Assembly (NCBI GenBank): GCA_013115125.1
Contig: JABANN010000323.1
Span: forward strand, 1 to 39,427
DNA: 39,427 bases
Reading direction: 5' to 3'
DNA from: Perkinsus olseni
Taxonomy: Eukaryota
Both the position numbers and the translations under genes were made by a program. Shown here in pieces: positions 36,348-39,427 of this stretch (its first letter is position 1; the number at the start of each line of letters is the position of its first letter). Below the pieces are notes generated by a model. That model did not search any database and was not told the origin of the DNA. It saw only the letters and a list, made by a program, of their open reading frames with translations.

Positions 36348-39300
36348 ATCTAAGACTAAACTAACTACTTTAGAGTAATATAATAAAAAGCCCATTGGAG
36401 CTGCTGGGTGGCTCGAGTTCATCTCTCGAGCCTCTCTTGGTTGCAGAGCAACCACCAGCAGGCAGTCAAGGCGAAGTCGTTGAGATACCGCAAGTCTCCG
36501 GCGGGTCACAGTTGAACTTGGTGGGCTCTGAAGGAGGGGCCGCAGGATCCGATCAGCCGGCTACAGTTCAATCCTCACTCGAACCTAATCGGGACGGCTT
36601 GAACACGGACAGGAACCCCTTCTTCAGGGCTGCGTTTGCCATTGATGATAAGGAACCTGGATTGCCAGCTAGCAGCAGTCAGTCTGGCTGGTCTATCTGC
36701 CCGCAGTGGCAACGTAAGGCGTGGCAGAAGGTCCTGAAAGATAGCGGGTCGACGTGTCTGGCACGTGAGGAGTGTGAGTGGGTTGAACAGCCCAAGATCA
36801 GGAAGAGCTCCTTGCCGGACCCGGAGATGCTGGCGCTCAAGAGGATTTTTATCTTCAACCCAAGCCCAACGTCTCTGAAGTGTCCAGGGTGCGGCAAAGC
36901 CGGGGTGCTGAACCGCAAGGGAGTATCTACCCTCAAAGGGTTCGTCGCCCCTGGCTCACGGGGATATGTTGTCGGTGTACGCGTCCACTGCGTCCGTGGC
37001 GACTGTGGCGGTCGTGTGTTCTCCACGAACTCTTCTGAGTTCTTGGACGTGCAGGATCCAGATATTCAGGACCTGTACCCGACGCGCCTTCCGCGTAGTG
37101 GGACGTCCGTAGTGGTCGACGATAAGTTGCTGGCTCGCATTGGGAGATACTTCATCGGTGGTGATGCCAATTTCTCTCGTCTGTGCGAAGCTATTAGGGA
37201 GGAGGACTGGGTGGACTATATGAGGGTGGGCCGGGAGTATTGCAGGTGGGTCAAGACCTGGAGGAGGTCGGCCGTGGCAAAGCCGCAAGGTGTCGTGATT
37301 CGGCCTTGGATGACTTTTGAGGAGTTTTACCATGGTATTTTCCTGAGCGAGGTTCAGCTTCGCGATATATTTATCGAGCTGTCCGAGCGCCGCAGGGGCT
37401 TTGTCAAAGGGTGTCTCCTTCAGCCGCAGGGAGACGTGGGTGCTGTACTTCGTATAGACGCGAAGTATGTGCACAGTGGGGCGGGTGGTTTGCCGCGTGT
37501 ACATATCGGTGTCATGAATGAGATGGGGTCCATAATAGCCCACGTCATGATTGACACCGACAATACCGCGGATTTGGAGGGTATGGTTGATGGTCTCAAG
37601 ACGCAGTATGCCGGCCGTGGGGAAGACCTTAAAGCTGTCTATGTAGACCGGGGTTGCTGTTCGGCCGAGTTTGTGCGGCTTTTCTCCCGCATAAACCCCA
37701 CCGTCGCCATAAAATTGGATTTATTCCATTGGGCACGGAGGATCGAACAGTATGTCCGTGGTTACCATCCGATTCGGTCCTCATTCTTCTCCGCTCTGCG
37801 ACAGTGTGTCTTCATCGTAAACCGCGATGATGAAGAGAAAGCACTAAGAGCGGTGCGGAGTACTGGTCGGTGGGCAGAAGGTCTGAGCAGAAGAGAGTAT
37901 AGTCGTGATGTACGCAAGGTCATTCCAGAGCCTTCGACTTTGCGAAGTCGCCTCGATGCGTTTCACGACTACTATACTCGGCTCAACGGGCAGCTTAGCC
38001 GGACAGGAGAAGGCTTCTTGCTAGAGGGGTTCGAAGAGCAGTGGCTGGAGAACATGAAGCACGTTGACGGAGGGTGTCTCAGTGACCATCCAAGCGCTCC
38101 TCTCTACACCAAAGTGGGGCAGGAGTTGGTCGGGGAATACACTCTTCCGATATGGAGGGTTGCGCGCTCTACCTCTCAACTTGAAGGCTATCATGCCGAG
38201 TTGGCAAAGTCCTACAAGTCTTCGAGGATGAGTGCGAATCTCCTGAACGCAGTGGTTCACGAGCTCGCAGCCCAGTGGAACCGTCGTGCTCTCCAGAAGG
38301 TTGGGAAAGATGTTTGCCCCATCACAGACTTGAAGGAGTGGAGTGATTTCAAAGCTGGGATGGGGAAGTTGTTGTTGTCGGAGGAAGAAGGAGGGTTGCC
38401 GAAGGGTCGGTATTATGATGAGCACGCTGCCACGAAGCTGAGCTTCGGCCTTGACTATGCTGCAGACTTACATCACTCTAAGTTGCTGCGTCACCTGGTC
38501 GAGGAAGGTGCAACGGACATGGCCGATCCGAAGTGGCTTCAGTGCGAACCATCCTCCAGCTCCTCCACCGCTGCCCCTGTGGTCAACGATGAAGACAGCG
38601 ACACGGAGTCTCTCTGGTTTGATCTAGGGGATGTCGATGAGAAGTTTATCATGGAGGAGACGGCTCTGGAGGAAGGTGATGAAGAAGGGAACCCACCAGC
38701 GGGCACTGCAGAAGAAGGGGCGAGACAGGTTGCTCAGGGTGGCTCAGTCGCTCGACACGGTCAAGGGGATTTGCGGAAACAATCATTGAAGTTCCGCACG
38801 TCTGTGTTCAAGACTCAGAATCCTCTAGCGAACCCACGGTCAGCGACGCTGTTCAGACAGTTAGATGGTAAGTATCAGTCACTGGAGGTTGCTGATCGTG
38901 CCGTGCGGATATGGGCCGATTTCGAGCTTCAGCGGAATGTCGAGGCCACTTCTGCTTCTTCGTTGAGGGGAAACTTCCCTCCGCGGGACCGGATCGTGAA
39001 AACCAGCATCACATGGTGCATGAAAGCTTTGCGGCAGCTTTCGAAGCTGAAGGATAGTGCGGACGTCTCAGGGGGAGGGCCTGACATTCCACCGGCACAG
39101 AGTAGTTTCGAGAGAGAGTACACGTTCAATCCGGAGTTGGGCAATCTTGATCGTAGAGATGATCCTGCTGAGCCGACTCCCCTAGCCGAAGAGCCCGGTA
39201 TATGCGTTGGTGGGGAGTCCGTCTACCGCACAGTGGCTTTGGAACTCCAGGAGCTGATAAGAAAGAGGGAGCTCTATATTTCTAGAGGCACTAAGCGCTG

Positions 39301-39427
39301 CGGCACATGCGGGGTACCATTCAACGTCCCCGATAGGCCACAGACACATCCGTTTACAGTGCGAACCAAACCGTTATGCAAATCACCATTTCTGAGGTAA
39401 CTTGCTCAATAAGAAGAGTTTATCAAT
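36348..39427 (+). mobile_element. Dada-superfamily DNA transposon inserted in a tRNA gene (right end outside window)
   Basis: Begins where tRNA similarity stops, has a short AT-rich end, then one intronless transposase ORF. Confidence 0.8.
36395..39400 (+). CDS. Dada-type DDE transposase (first in-frame ATG at 36827)
   Basis: N-terminal CPGC...CVRGDC zinc motif. Candidate catalytic motifs LRID, VYVDRGCC, IKLDLFHWARR (DxxH), CLSDHPSAPLY and RVARSTSQLEGYH. C-terminal CGTC...H...C. Intronless in an intron-rich neighbourhood. Confidence 0.85.
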   Translation: MELLGGSSSSLEPLLVAEQPPAGSQGEVVEIPQVSGGSQLNLVGSEGGAAGSDQPATVQSSLEPNRDGLNTDRNPFFRAAFAIDDKEPGLPASSSQSGWSICPQWQRKAWQKVLKDSGSTCLAREECEWVEQPKIRKSSLPDPEMLALKRIFIFNPSPTSLKCPGCGKAGVLNRKGVSTLKGFVAPGSRGYVVGVRVHCVRGDCGGRVFSTNSSEFLDVQDPDIQDLYPTRLPRSGTSVVVDDKLLARIGRYFIGGDANFSRLCEAIREEDWVDYMRVGREYCRWVKTWRRSAVAKPQGVVIRPWMTFEEFYHGIFLSEVQLRDIFIELSERRRGFVKGCLLQPQGDVGAVLRIDAKYVHSGAGGLPRVHIGVMNEMGSIIAHVMIDTDNTADLEGMVDGLKTQYAGRGEDLKAVYVDRGCCSAEFVRLFSRINPTVAIKLDLFHWARRIEQYVRGYHPIRSSFFSALRQCVFIVNRDDEEKALRAVRSTGRWAEGLSRREYSRDVRKVIPEPSTLRSRLDAFHDYYTRLNGQLSRTGEGFLLEGFEEQWLENMKHVDGGCLSDHPSAPLYTKVGQELVGEYTLPIWRVARSTSQLEGYHAELAKSYKSSRMSANLLNAVVHELAAQWNRRALQKVGKDVCPITDLKEWSDFKAGMGKLLLSEEEGGLPKGRYYDEHAATKLSFGLDYAADLHHSKLLRHLVEEGATDMADPKWLQCEPSSSSSTAAPVVNDEDSDTESLWFDLGDVDEKFIMEETALEEGDEEGNPPAGTAEEGARQVAQGGSVARHGQGDLRKQSLKFRTSVFKTQNPLANPRSATLFRQLDGKYQSLEVADRAVRIWADFELQRNVEATSASSLRGNFPPRDRIVKTSITWCMKALRQLSKLKDSADVSGGGPDIPPAQSSFEREYTFNPELGNLDRRDDPAEPTPLAEEPGICVGGESVYRTVALELQELIRKRELYISRGTKRCGTCGVPFNVPDRPQTHPFTVRTKPLCKSPFLR

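Noticed and set aside
36679-39144. Minus-strand ORFs inside the transposase
   Set aside because: Antisense shadows of a long GC-balanced coding sequence.
1-39427. Spliced-leader RNA gene or relic (ACCGTAGCCAT...GGCTCAAG type)
   Set aside because: No convincing match found by eye.

Overview
Eukaryotic, intron-rich genomic DNA with short GT-AG introns. Gene content and style suggest an alveolate, most likely a Perkinsus species (inference, not verified). Recognisable host genes: a 12-Kelch-repeat plus C-terminal RING protein (2255-7320,+), a signal-peptide protein (11610-12486,+), a TraB/PrgY-family protein (-), a 13-exon mitochondrial EF-Tu (19459-22810,-), a gene starting with a Tc1/IS630-like HTH, an FHA plus RING-CH E3 ligase, several hypothetical multi-exon genes and an intact tRNA-Gln(UUG). 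The most notable content is transposon-related. (1) An intronless ~1000-codon Dada-type DDE transposase begins at a junction inside the A-box/D-arm of a tRNA gene. (2) A decayed copy of the same transposase lies ~28 kb away, near two tRNA pseudogenes. (3) A hAT-like MITE has an 8-bp TSD overlapping a probable start codon. (4) At least ten exact 22-bp scars of the form 'TSD(1-7) + reverse-complement TSD + TSD(2-8)' look like stereotyped hairpin-type excision footprints. Exon boundaries were read by eye and are approximate.
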